A stretch of DNA of 61,372 nucleotides, the filler included. It is 4 parts of 4 records of this genome, joined end to end, with 100 filler letters (N's around TTAATTAATTAA, not from the genome) between each part and the next. Parts side by side here need not be neighbours in the genome. Positions count along the whole stretch, not along the records: positions 1 to 23,794 come from DRR723986_11709; 3 more parts are not named here. One strand, written 5' to 3'. A program made the position numbers and the translations under genes. Positions 10,118-20,106 of this stretch are shown here, one piece after another. The notes under the pieces are model-generated. The model saw only the letters and a list, made by a program, of their open reading frames with translations. It was not told where the DNA came from and searched no databases. Numbering within the stretch: position 1 is the first letter of the stretch; every line of letters starts with the position of its first letter.

Positions 10118-12280
10118 ATGAAGTTTCCCGCCCAAGTGCTTGCTGTTATTCTTGCCTGCCTTCCGTCGTCCCCTAACCTGCTTGCGCAGTCGTCAAACGC
10201 GGATGACGTTCCGGTTGCAACGACGGCCCCGACGCACGACTTTTCAAAGCGGAGCTTCTGGCAGACTGGTTCTGGCAAGCCCGTTGGTGACGACTGGCAA
10301 TTCGAAAATGGCGAAATACGACTCGACGCCCCGCGCGGAGGCAGTGGCAATATTCTCACGCCGCCGCTGCCGCCGAATTTCGAACTGACGTTTGACTGGA
10401 AAATTGCGTCGGGAACGAACACAGGGCTGAAGTACAGAGTCCGTCGATTCGGGAAGCGAGTGTTCTCCAACGCCCTGCTTGGTGTTGAGTATCAGATCAT
10501 CGACGATGCTCCCGACGCCACCGGGAAGGGTAGCACGGCGTCGATCTACGATCTGGTGAGTCCGGTCGGTGCCAAGAAGGTTAACCCGCCCGGCGAGTGG
10601 AATACGGCGAGGATCGTAGCCGTCGGCGACCGGATTGAGCACTACCTTAACGGGGCCTTAGTCGCTCAGGCGGAACTAGGTGTACCGGCTTGGGATTCGA
10701 AGATCGCATTTAGCAAATTTTACGGCGCGGCGGATTTTGGCACTCCTCAGGAGGGCGACCGAATCATGCTGACGGATCACGGAGGCGAAGCAGCGTTTCG
10801 CAACTTCCGCTTCGTCGCCAGGGAGCCCTCGGCCACAGGTGAAACAACAGCCGCCGCCAAGATACAACCAGCCGGCCCTTTTTTAGCCAATGGCATGCGG
10901 AATAGTTGGGCGGACCAGGATTCGATCGTCATCTGGACACGCACAACCGCTAGGCCAGAGATGTTGTCCAATGGTGCAAAGTTTATTTCTTTGTCGACGA
11001 AAGACGCCCGCAAGCTTGCCCGAACGACGGATGCGGAAAACATCATGGACGCGCAGATTCCGGCCGGAAAGCAGCTTTCGGAGATGTTTGGAGCTTGCCC
11101 AGGAACCGAGGGGGAAGTCCGGTTGTCGTACTTCCCAGGAAAACAACGTAATGCATCCAAGTCGACGGCGTGGGTTCGCACAAGCGCTGAGTTGGATTAC
11201 ACCGCGCAGTGGAAGTTGAGTGGCTTGCGGCCGGGGCGTAGCTACGCTGCCATCGTGGAAGCTCGCTCGATCGAGGGCGAAATCACGGCGGTTTGTCGAG
11301 GTGCTTTTCAGACCGCACCGGCCATCGATGCTCCCGAGAAAATCAATTTCTGTGTAACTACATGCCACGATTTCATCCGCCGCGACAATGGGATGCAAGG
11401 GCACAAGATCTACCCGGCCATGTCAAAACTTGCACCAAATTTCGTTGTTCACGCGGGCGACATCGAATACTACGACAAACCGGATCCCTGGGCGATGACC
11501 GAGGAGCTTATGCGGTTTAAGTGGGGGCGCATTTTTGCTTTGCCCGACAATCGACGTTTCTACTCGGCAACGACAAGCTACTTTCTCAAGGATGATCATG
11601 ACACGTTGATGAACGACTGCTGGGCCGGGCAGATGTACGGCTCGGTGAGTTTCGAGCGCGGCGTTGAGATCTTTAACAAGGAGCAATTCCCTTCGCTCTC
11701 ACCACGTTACACAACCATACACTGGGGCCGAGACCTGCAGGTTTGGTTTCTTGAGGGACGCGACTACCGCAGCCCAAACAATATGCCAGACGGTCCGGAG
11801 AAATCGATTCTCGGTGCCGAGCAAAAGCAATGGCTGTTCAAGACACTGGGCGAGTCGACGGCGAAGTTCAAACTCGTCTTTAGCCCCACTCCAATCGTCG
11901 GTCCTGATCGAGCGAACAAGAAGGACAATCACGCAAACGAAATTTTCGCGCACGAGGGCGCGGAAATCCGAAGCCACCTAGCCAAATATGATGGGGTCAT
12001 TGTGCTGTGCGGCGACCGCCACTGGCAGTACGCATCGTACGATTCGGCTGCGAACCTGTGGGAATTCGGCTGTGGTCCCGGTAGCGAGAAACATCAGCTT
12101 GGTTGGAAAGAGGGCGACGAACGGCCATTGCACAAATTTCTTCGCGTCGCTGGCGGTTTTCTATCAGGAGAAGTCGCCTACAAAGGCAAAGACAAGCGTG
12201 CGGAACTGACGCTTCGGCACCGTACGGTCACCGGCGAACCGGTCAGCGAATTTGAGTTCCCGGCGAATCCCCAAGAGTAG
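10118..12280 (+). CDS. DUF1080 (3-keto-glycoside hydrolase-like) / PhoD alkaline phosphatase fusion
   Basis: Signal peptide; DUF1080 motifs NFELTFDWK..NTG, EYQIIDD, GEWN, DHG..FRN; PhoD motifs HAGDIEYYD, DDHD, GRDYR, GDRH. Confidence 0.8.
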   Translation: MKFPAQVLAVILACLPSSPNLLAQSSNADDVPVATTAPTHDFSKRSFWQTGSGKPVGDDWQFENGEIRLDAPRGGSGNILTPPLPPNFELTFDWKIASGTNTGLKYRVRRFGKRVFSNALLGVEYQIIDDAPDATGKGSTASIYDLVSPVGAKKVNPPGEWNTARIVAVGDRIEHYLNGALVAQAELGVPAWDSKIAFSKFYGAADFGTPQEGDRIMLTDHGGEAAFRNFRFVAREPSATGETTAAAKIQPAGPFLANGMRNSWADQDSIVIWTRTTARPEMLSNGAKFISLSTKDARKLARTTDAENIMDAQIPAGKQLSEMFGACPGTEGEVRLSYFPGKQRNASKSTAWVRTSAELDYTAQWKLSGLRPGRSYAAIVEARSIEGEITAVCRGAFQTAPAIDAPEKINFCVTTCHDFIRRDNGMQGHKIYPAMSKLAPNFVVHAGDIEYYDKPDPWAMTEELMRFKWGRIFALPDNRRFYSATTSYFLKDDHDTLMNDCWAGQMYGSVSFERGVEIFNKEQFPSLSPRYTTIHWGRDLQVWFLEGRDYRSPNNMPDGPEKSILGAEQKQWLFKTLGESTAKFKLVFSPTPIVGPDRANKKDNHANEIFAHEGAEIRSHLAKYDGVIVLCGDRHWQYASYDSAANLWEFGCGPGSEKHQLGWKEGDERPLHKFLRVAGGFLSGEVAYKGKDKRAELTLRHRTVTGEPVSEFEFPANPQE

Positions 12281-12386
12281 CAGATTCCTGCGACGCGCCG
12301 TCTTGATCAAGTGCATCGTGTTGCCGCGCTGCCGAATCTAACCAACCCATAATTGCACAGACTGGTAATGCGCCGGAGCATCAGTC

Positions 12387-13121
12387 TTAGAAGCCGATTC
12401 GGATCGATGTGCCACGCCTAGGGGCTGGGCGATAATGGTAGTGGTGGCTTCGGTAGAAATCGTAGTAGACCGGACGTGGGTGCACGATAACTGGTTCATG
12501 CACAATGACGCTTGGCTGGTGCACAACGGTCGGCTGCACGTAGGTGCGAACTGGCGGCGGAGCAGGCTGAGAGTACTGAGTTTCGGCAACTCTGGCGGCC
12601 GAAGTTTGAGTCGACAGCGGGGCAGCTTGATAGGCGGTAATGACGGTGTCGGAAACTCCCTGTTGATGCAATGAGATGATCTCATTCACGTCCAGGCGTC
12701 GTTGAACGCCGCGGGAATTCAGGTGACCGATAATGATGCTCTCGCTGACACCACTTCGCGACATGTTGACGACATCCGCAGTCGTTGCTCCGCTGGCAAC
12801 AACGCGTTGTTGCGCGGCATAGGCTGCTTGCTGGTTGCGGTAGTAGGCTTGTTGCTGCGCGTAAGCTTGGCGCTGCAATTGAGCGTCTTGGTTCTTGCCA
12901 AGTAGTCCGCCGGCGATCGCCCCAACGGCTCCACCGATCAGAGCACCTTCGGGAGTTTCGTCGTTTTGGTGTCCGATGATTCCACCGATCACAGCACCGG
13001 CAACGCCACCGACTGTGGCACCATCGCGGCTACGAGACTGCGCCCATGCTTGTCCGGTCAGCCCGCTTGATAGCATTCCAAGCGTAGCGATGAACGCTAG
13101 CAATCTCTTCGTTGAGGTCAT
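12387..13121 (-). CDS. Glycine-zipper domain secreted protein
   Basis: Signal peptide, GATVGGVAGAVIGGIIG..GALIGGAVGAIAGG zipper, helical middle, Pro/Val/His/Tyr tail ending GTSIRIGF. Confidence 0.75.
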   Translation of the reverse strand: MTSTKRLLAFIATLGMLSSGLTGQAWAQSRSRDGATVGGVAGAVIGGIIGHQNDETPEGALIGGAVGAIAGGLLGKNQDAQLQRQAYAQQQAYYRNQQAAYAAQQRVVASGATTADVVNMSRSGVSESIIIGHLNSRGVQRRLDVNEIISLHQQGVSDTVITAYQAAPLSTQTSAARVAETQYSQPAPPPVRTYVQPTVVHQPSVIVHEPVIVHPRPVYYDFYRSHHYHYRPAPRRGTSIRIGF

Positions 13122-13311
13122 GGGGATTCTCCGACCGATGGTGTCTGTACTTGGGGCAGAAGTCGACAGGCGTCTTTTCTACCGCGGCGTTTGGCAAGCT
13201 GTGGTGCGATGCACCGGCAAGAACTTGCGATCTGCCTTCGTCAAGTATCGACATACCAAAGTCGGAGGTTTGAAGTAAACGTAGAAGTTGCCTCCAAACT
13301 CCCTTTGCTCG

Positions 13312-13872
13312 CTATCGCTGTTTCGTTGAACAGCCGATTTCCAACTGTAGTTTTCCACACTCGCACTCGAATCGAACGACTCGAAGCTGCATGTCGTGGT
13401 TGAATGCGACGCAGTGTCCTTCGCCGGTGATGACAGTTGGCAAGCCCAGAGTGAGTCCAGGCGCAGAGAGGCGTTCTTTAGCGTTGCCGCCGACCATGTT
13501 CGCTAGCTCGCCGATCATATCGACGACGCCTGCGTCCACTTCGGTTGGGCGTTCACCCAGGAACGCTTCGGAGACGGCAAATGCCAAGTCGGTATCGATG
13601 TTGATGACCGCCGTTGCTTTCATGCTTCCAGATATCGCAACGATGCCGCTCAATTCTTGCCGAGTTCTTGCTGCGCCAGATTCGATGCCGACGTGCTTTA
13701 CTTCGATTCCACACATCTTTGAGAAGACGCTTTCGGCTGCCTCCTTCATGCTCGCGCTCAGGGATTCAATTCCCAATTCAGGAGCGGACTTCGCAGCCGG
13801 TGTTTCTTGGATTTTCTCGTTTCGCTGCATTACTTGTGCGAGCAAGTCGTCGGTTGAAATACTTGTGGACAC
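13312..13872 (-). CDS. cheX: CheX-family chemotaxis phosphatase
   Basis: SGIVAISG, DMIGELANMVGGNAK (E-x2-N motif), LGLPTVITG. Confidence 0.85.
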   Translation of the reverse strand: MSTSISTDDLLAQVMQRNEKIQETPAAKSAPELGIESLSASMKEAAESVFSKMCGIEVKHVGIESGAARTRQELSGIVAISGSMKATAVINIDTDLAFAVSEAFLGERPTEVDAGVVDMIGELANMVGGNAKERLSAPGLTLGLPTVITGEGHCVAFNHDMQLRVVRFECECGKLQLEIGCSTKQR

Positions 13873-14184
13873 TGAGAAGCCTTTGTGGGATACGATGTTT
13901 TGGAAAACGCTGCAAACTCAACCGGCGGCACGGGCGGCTAGTCGAGCTTGTAGCGGTGATGCAAATGCATGTAAAACCATGGTTCACTCAATCTTCTCCT
14001 CCAAGCCGCACTTCGAACAACGACGACGCAACTCGAGCAGGGTATGACTGCTACGGCAATGGCGTGGCGGAGAAGAATGAGAGTCTTTCATGCCAAGCCA
14101 CTGTGGTACGGCAGCTTGGCATGAGGTAACAGATTCTTGCACGATCGGCCCAACGAAAACGAGGGTGCGATGTACAGATTTGTT

Positions 14185-14544
14185 TTAGACAGCGACGTAT
14201 TTGTCGAGCTTGTCGCGCAGTTCGTCTTGCTCAAACGGCTTGCAGAGGTAGTCGGTAACGCCAGCTTGAATTGCTTCGACAACCTTCTCTTTTTCCGCTT
14301 CCGTCGTCACCATGATCACGGGAACGGTAGAGCCGGTGCCACGAATTGCTTTCAACAATTCCAAGCCGCTCATCTCTGGCATATTCCAGTCAGTAATCAC
14401 AAGGTCGAATTCGGCACTTGTGAACACTTCCATGCCTTCGCGGCCGTCAGCGGCTTCTTCAATATCGTTGACACCACAGGCGCCCAAAGAACGCGAGATG
14501 ATTTTTCGCATCACGCCCGAATCATCAACAACCAATACCTTCAT
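14185..14544 (-). CDS. CheY-like single-domain response regulator
   Basis: VVDDS, TDWNMPEMSGLELL, VTT, YLCKPF; 119 aa. Confidence 0.9.
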   Translation of the reverse strand: MKVLVVDDSGVMRKIISRSLGACGVNDIEEAADGREGMEVFTSAEFDLVITDWNMPEMSGLELLKAIRGTGSTVPVIMVTTEAEKEKVVEAIQAGVTDYLCKPFEQDELRDKLDKYVAV

Positions 14545-15184
14545 CTGTCTGCCCCTCTAATGAGAACATATTTTTCTGCTCAGCATGGCGACCCAATTGG
14601 TGTTGAGCGAACACGACCATACTGAAAAACTCAGGAAATCTTCTCGCGTGGGGCAATTCGCGATTTTGGTGGTGCACGGGATATCTCTCCCGCAGGCAAT
14701 CGCCTGAGGGGGAGGCTGCACCGATGACCTCCGCAAGCAATACTTGGTCAAGAGCGGGGCGTTGGCAAACGGCAAAACCGCAAAATTTCGGGATTGAATT
14801 GCTACGCCCGGCGGCCAAACGACCGTTGGTAAATTGCAAGTTTTCGCCTTGTGGAATGTGGATCACCGCATCGCGAAAACGTTCAATCGGGACCGTTTTT
14901 GACGCCTGCCAAGACGTAGCCCTAGCCGTCAATTGATTGATTCCTCAGGCCCGCACTTTAAATCCTCGGGTTCGCACTCGGGACACAGGCGAACATTACA
15001 CGAAGCTTGAAAGCAAGCGAACTTCCATGACCGAGTCCGTGTCTGCGAAGTCGCCATGCCGCAACAGCCCGACGACTTGTATTGCGGTGATGGCAAAACG
15101 GCACATCGAGGGCGATATGTTCGGGCTTTGGGCTACCTGGAACACAAATTGGCAACTACGCTGCCTCTCTCCAGGTGTCGTGGG

Positions 15185-15220
15185 TTGGCGTTTTGGTGTT
15201 TGGCGTTTTGGTGTTTGGCG
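15185..15220. repeat. 15-bp tandem repeat (TTGGCGTTTTGGTGT) x2.4
   Basis: Directly visible in the intergenic region upstream of the MATE gene. Confidence 0.8.
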
Positions 15221-15330
15221 GTGACAGTGCCGGCCAGGTGCGGCGTGCATTAGACGCCGCCCGTAATGAACGCTGCCTGTAATAGACGCTGCGTCATGCA
15301 ATAAAACGGATTCCGCATAAGTGGACATCG

Positions 15331-16800
15331 ATGAACTCCGCGAAAAGCTCTTCCGAATCCGACAATCGAGCCCATGACGGCGATGCGGGCTCATCGACTG
15401 AGACTAGCTTCGGATCCTGGTGGAGTAGCGATTGGGGGCCGGGGCCACTGCTGCGTCTGGCGATCCCTTTGATGATCTCAGCGGGCTTCGTTTCGGTGAC
15501 GCTCTTTACCGACCGGACGCTCCTGTACTGGCAAAGTGAACTTTCGGCATCGGCCGCCCTCGAAGCAGGCAGTATCTACTGGTCGCTAGCATGTTTTCCG
15601 ATGGGACTGCTGGGCTACGTCAGCACATTTGTATCGCAGTACCGCGGTGCATCGCAGCCTCAGAAGATCAAAGGCCTGTACCGGCACGCCATGTTCGTCG
15701 CCTGGGCCTTTGTCCCACTCTTCTTGCTGGCAATGGTGGTCGCTCGTCTGATTTTCCAGTCCGCTGGCCACTCTCCCGAACTAACCGCGGCGGAAACAAC
15801 TTATCTTCGCATTCTGTTGTGTGGTGGACTCAGCGTATTGTTCTACAGTGTGCAGAGTGGATTGCTGACTGGGCAAGGGCGAACGGGAACCGTGCTTGCC
15901 ATCGATGCCGTTAGCACCGCCGTCAATTTAGTGCTGGATGCGGTACTCATATTTGGTTTCGGGCCGATTCCGGAGCTTGGAATTGTCGGTGCAGGCTTGG
16001 CTACCTCAATCTCTTTCTGGCTAAAGCTGCCTTTGGCGTGGTGGGTCCTTCGCGACGAGCCGGTACTCCGCGGCCTCAAATGGTTTGGGCCAAAGATCGA
16101 TTTGGCGGTGGTCGCGCGTTTCTTCAAGTATGGCGGACCGGCTGGCTTGCAATTGGTTGTCGAAGCCAGTTGTTTTACGCTGATCCTTCTTCAGGTTGGT
16201 CGTTTGGGAGAGCTGGAAACAGCGGCGACGACACTTGCACTCGGGATCAACATCCTGGTGTTCGTTCCAATGATTGGTTTGGGTATCGGAGTTGGAGTCC
16301 TGGTCGGTCAGCACCTGACAGAAGGCAGGATGGACCTGGCAAAACGTTCTGTGACCGTTGCAATTTCGGTCACCTGCCTCTACACGGCTTCGTTCGCAAC
16401 TTTCTTGCTGCTGTTCCCTGATGCTGCGATAGCCATTTACGCTTGGGGGACTCCGCCGGAACGGTTTGAACAGATTCGTCCACTGCTCGAGCCGCTACTG
16501 ACCGTAATTGCTGCCTATTGCGTGCTTGACGGTTTGCAGATCGTTTTTGTAGGGGCGATCAAGGGAGCCGGCGATACGCTCTTTGTTCTCCTGGCTACAC
16601 TAATCATTTCATGCGTTGTTTTCGGCGGAGGTCTGTTGTGGCAGGCCACCTTCGGTGCAAACGTTTTCATGTGGTGGTACACGATTGCGGCTTGGGTTCT
16701 GGTGATGGGGCTGACCTTCGGCGGCCGCTATTTCTCGGGTGCTTGGACGAAAAAACGCGTCATCGAAAGTCGTTTCGATGACGCGTCAGGTGTTGCCTAG
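15331..16800 (+). CDS. MATE family efflux transporter
   Basis: LRLAIPLM, NLVLDAVLIFGFGPIPELGIVGAGLAT, GAIKGAGDT; about 12 TM segments. Confidence 0.92.
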   Translation: MNSAKSSSESDNRAHDGDAGSSTETSFGSWWSSDWGPGPLLRLAIPLMISAGFVSVTLFTDRTLLYWQSELSASAALEAGSIYWSLACFPMGLLGYVSTFVSQYRGASQPQKIKGLYRHAMFVAWAFVPLFLLAMVVARLIFQSAGHSPELTAAETTYLRILLCGGLSVLFYSVQSGLLTGQGRTGTVLAIDAVSTAVNLVLDAVLIFGFGPIPELGIVGAGLATSISFWLKLPLAWWVLRDEPVLRGLKWFGPKIDLAVVARFFKYGGPAGLQLVVEASCFTLILLQVGRLGELETAATTLALGINILVFVPMIGLGIGVGVLVGQHLTEGRMDLAKRSVTVAISVTCLYTASFATFLLLFPDAAIAIYAWGTPPERFEQIRPLLEPLLTVIAAYCVLDGLQIVFVGAIKGAGDTLFVLLATLIISCVVFGGGLLWQATFGANVFMWWYTIAAWVLVMGLTFGGRYFSGAWTKKRVIESRFDDASGVA

Positions 16801-16819
16801 GGCTTGTCAACCAAGAGCT

Positions 16820-18205
16820 TTACTTCTTGGATTTTTGATCCTTGCCGAAGTCGCTCTGCTGGCCGTCTTTGCCGAATCTCTGTTGCGAGCCGTCCAGATA
16901 CTGCCACTGTCGCATAACTTTCCTGTTCTGTGTCCACGCCGCCCCTTCTAGGGACTCTGACTGCAACTTGTTGATTTCGCAGCGGAGTTCCAATGCTGGA
17001 ACTTGGTAACGCCTGAACTGTTCACCCAAGAATTTCGCGTTGCCGACCAGCAATTCCTTGGCTTCCGCAATGCGACCAGCGTCACGGAGTTCCGTCGCAC
17101 GGCGATTGCGCTCGTTTGCAATCTGAATCACACAGCTTGCCATGATCTCCTTGTCGATTTCAGCGTCGACGATCTCTTGCGATGCAGAATACTTGACGGC
17201 TACCGCACTGGTTAGGCGGTCTTCGGTCTCTGTCGTCATGTTCATGTACTCGAGCGATACGTCGGCAACCTCGGCAGCGCTGCCATCATCACCGGCTGGC
17301 ATTTCTAGCTCAACAACGAAGTATCGTTCTTGCCGCGCGTAAAGCTGGCCCAGGTCAATAACAACCGACTGCCCAGCGATTTCGGCCGGGTAGTTGAGCA
17401 CTTTGACGGGGCGAATTCCTTCAGCAATTTTGGCGTTGATGCGAATCTTTTGGGCTACCACGCTCAGGACATCGTCAAATTCGTTTTGAAAAACTTGCAC
17501 TAGGTTTTCCGCGTCTTCGATGAAGACGTGATTCCCACTACTGGCCATCGCTAGTCGCGACATGAGATCTTCGTTGTAACCAAGTCCGAGGCCCATTGTG
17601 CTGACGCTAATGCCGTCTTTAATGAGGGACGCCCCCAGTTGTTCTAGGTCTGCGGGAGAAGAAGGCCCCACGTTTGCAATACCGTCGGACAGCAAGATGA
17701 TTCGGTTGACGAATTTCTCGTCCATAAACTTCCGTAGTTCGGCGGCACCTTTACTGACACCTGCAAACAGAGCGGTGTTGCCACCAGCGGAGATGCTCTT
17801 GATGCGTCGCTTGATAGTATCGCGATCTTGAGCTTTCGTCGCTGGCAGAACGACGTTGACACTGCTGTCGTAGGTCACGATCGAAACGATGTCTGAATCC
17901 TTCAGTCGATCAACTGCCTGAATGGCGGCTTCACGAGCCTGCTCAATCTTGTCGCCTTGCATCGATCCAGATTTGTCGATCACAATCGCCACGTTGACCG
18001 GCATCCGTTCCTCTTGTTTGGGCATTTCAAACCCAGTCAGACCGATTCGCAGGTAGTTCGCCAGCTTTTTTGATTCACCATCGCCAGCAGCAAGCATTGT
18101 TGGATTTGCCATCGCAACGTCCAGTTTGACCTGCTTGGCGGCTGCCGTAGTCGCCAGCGTACTGAGGGCGACGGCGACTAGCATCATTAGAGTGCTTGTT
18201 CTCAT
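16820..18205 (-). CDS. Secreted VWA domain protein
   Basis: Signal peptide; MIDAS motif DKSGS..GGNT..LSDG. Confidence 0.88.
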   Translation of the reverse strand: MRTSTLMMLVAVALSTLATTAAAKQVKLDVAMANPTMLAAGDGESKKLANYLRIGLTGFEMPKQEERMPVNVAIVIDKSGSMQGDKIEQAREAAIQAVDRLKDSDIVSIVTYDSSVNVVLPATKAQDRDTIKRRIKSISAGGNTALFAGVSKGAAELRKFMDEKFVNRIILLSDGIANVGPSSPADLEQLGASLIKDGISVSTMGLGLGYNEDLMSRLAMASSGNHVFIEDAENLVQVFQNEFDDVLSVVAQKIRINAKIAEGIRPVKVLNYPAEIAGQSVVIDLGQLYARQERYFVVELEMPAGDDGSAAEVADVSLEYMNMTTETEDRLTSAVAVKYSASQEIVDAEIDKEIMASCVIQIANERNRRATELRDAGRIAEAKELLVGNAKFLGEQFRRYQVPALELRCEINKLQSESLEGAAWTQNRKVMRQWQYLDGSQQRFGKDGQQSDFGKDQKSKK

Positions 18206-18379
18206 ATTACATTCCTTCGAAAGCCGTTAATGAAAATGCGGACGCCAAGGGCTAACAGCTCAGGGCGTTCCGCAGCGGACGAGGCACCGCTGAGATGATT
18301 AGACGCGGAATCGTCCGGTAAGATCTCAAGAAGGCGCAAAGGAAATGTAAAAGATTTGTAAAACCTCCTGCGAAGCTAG

Positions 18380-19054
18380 CTACTGACTCGCTGCTAGCAT
18401 CTGCTGATATTCGGCAAAGGTGTCGATGTCCTTGGCAACCCACTCAGGCGGAATCATGAGTTTTCGCGGGCTCAGCGTTTGCAGCAGTGAATTGAGGCCT
18501 TTATCCTCGGGCAGCTCAAGAATTTGGGAAACCACCGACCACTTTAGCAAGGCCGGGTGCTTTGATTTCCCGTTGAACCAAGGTGTAATCGCTTCACAGT
18601 TGAACTGGTCCGTACTGCCCGCCGACGATTGCTCCGTCGCCCGCTGTCGCCGGTCAAGTTGTTCAGCCGCCTCCATGAGTGCCTCAAACAATTCTTTGCG
18701 AATCGTAGGCAGATCGGCCGGCATGAAAAAACACCAAGCATCTTCGCCGGGCGGATCCTGCGATTGTTGCAGTGCACGAACGCCCCCTTGAATCGATGCC
18801 CGCATGTCCAAAGTCCCCGTGACTTCGACAATAGAAGTGCCCAGGCTGTGACAGTGTCGGATCAGATCAGTGTCCGATTTTCGGCAGATCATGGTTGTTT
18901 GGACGCCCACTTCCACCAAGTTCCGAGCAACAGCGTCCACCACTACTTGGCATGCGGGCGCGAACTTACTTCGCCAAGGCAAGAGCAGTTTCGGGCGCCC
19001 CATTCGGCTGCTTTCTCCGGCGGCTGGGACAACTGCGTAGAAATTTAACGCCAA
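18380..19054 (-). CDS. MocA/MobA-like nucleotidyltransferase (molybdenum cofactor)
   Basis: PAAGESSRMGRPKLLLPW, PADLP, HPAL, DIDT; divergent from xdhC. Confidence 0.85.
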   Translation of the reverse strand: MALNFYAVVPAAGESSRMGRPKLLLPWRSKFAPACQVVVDAVARNLVEVGVQTTMICRKSDTDLIRHCHSLGTSIVEVTGTLDMRASIQGGVRALQQSQDPPGEDAWCFFMPADLPTIRKELFEALMEAAEQLDRRQRATEQSSAGSTDQFNCEAITPWFNGKSKHPALLKWSVVSQILELPEDKGLNSLLQTLSPRKLMIPPEWVAKDIDTFAEYQQMLAASQ

Positions 19055-19161
19055 GCGTTGGGCCTTTCGAGTTCTTCAGGACGCTTGCTTCTCAACTCAA
19101 CACGCGTCCCGTGGTAAACTATTCGATTGATTCGTACAGGATACCTCAGGATATCAAGTTT

Positions 19162-19971
19162 ATGTCGCACGATCGGTTTGAGCACGTGACTCGCCTGCAT
19201 GAATTGCTGCAGTCTGGCACGCCTCTGGTCGAGGTTACATTGATCGCCATCCGCGGCAGCGCTCCTCAGATTCTTGGGGCTCGCGCCATTGTAACGGCGC
19301 AGGGGTTGGTTTCGGGAACCGTCGGAGGCGGCAAAGTTGAAGCAGCCGCGATCGCGAAAGCCCAGGAACTGATTCAGCAAGGCTGTACAACGCCCGTAGT
19401 CGAAACTTGGAATCTACAAACCGACATTGGAATGACTTGCGGCGGAGAAGTAAAGCTCCTCTTCGACGCCCATTTCACTCGGCGGTGGAATATTGCAATC
19501 TTCGGCGCAGGACACGTTTCACAAGCACTTGTCCGGCTACTGCTCACGTTGGATTGCCACGTTAGCGTTGTCGATTCACGAAGCGACTGGATTGACAAAC
19601 TGCCCGACGCACGAAACTTATCAAAGCATTGCGTCGACGAGCCGAAGACATCGGTCAGCTCTTTTCCGCCTGAGACTTACTTTGTGCTGATGAGCAAGGG
19701 GCATGCAACCGACCTACCAGTCTTGGCGGAGATCCTCAAGGCACGTGAGGCACCCTACGTCGGAGTGATTGGCAGCAAGCAGAAGGCATCCGTTCTAAGG
19801 CGTGATTTGAAGAAGCTTGACATCGCGCCCGATAAGATCGCCTCGTTCCACTGCCCAATGGGACTGCCAATCGGCAACAACACGCCGCCCGAGATTGCAT
19901 TGAGCATCGCAGCACAACTACTAACGGTGCGCGACTCCCGTGCGCGAGCCTGCGACGATAACTCTGGCTAA
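19162..19971 (+). CDS. xdhC: Xanthine dehydrogenase accessory protein XdhC
   Basis: RGSAPQ, GTVGGGKVE, GMTCGG, FGAGHVS, GVIGSKQK, CPMGL..PEIALSIAAQ; start taken at the ATG at 19162 to avoid overlapping the opposite gene. Confidence 0.9.
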   Translation: MSHDRFEHVTRLHELLQSGTPLVEVTLIAIRGSAPQILGARAIVTAQGLVSGTVGGGKVEAAAIAKAQELIQQGCTTPVVETWNLQTDIGMTCGGEVKLLFDAHFTRRWNIAIFGAGHVSQALVRLLLTLDCHVSVVDSRSDWIDKLPDARNLSKHCVDEPKTSVSSFPPETYFVLMSKGHATDLPVLAEILKAREAPYVGVIGSKQKASVLRRDLKKLDIAPDKIASFHCPMGLPIGNNTPPEIALSIAAQLLTVRDSRARACDDNSG

Positions 19972-20106
19972 CCTGAATCAATCAAAACACGTTAAGCGAT
20001 CGCTACACGGCGCATCGACTGACATTAGAATAATGCTCCACAGACTCGTCTCCACTCAATACTCGTCTCACCTTCCACCTAGCCGCAGATCAAGAGAGAA
20101 ACGTCA

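Noticed and set aside
18380-19971. Long antiparallel overlap of the MocA-like and xdhC ORFs
   Set aside because: The overlap disappears when xdhC starts at ATG 19162; an ordinary divergent pair
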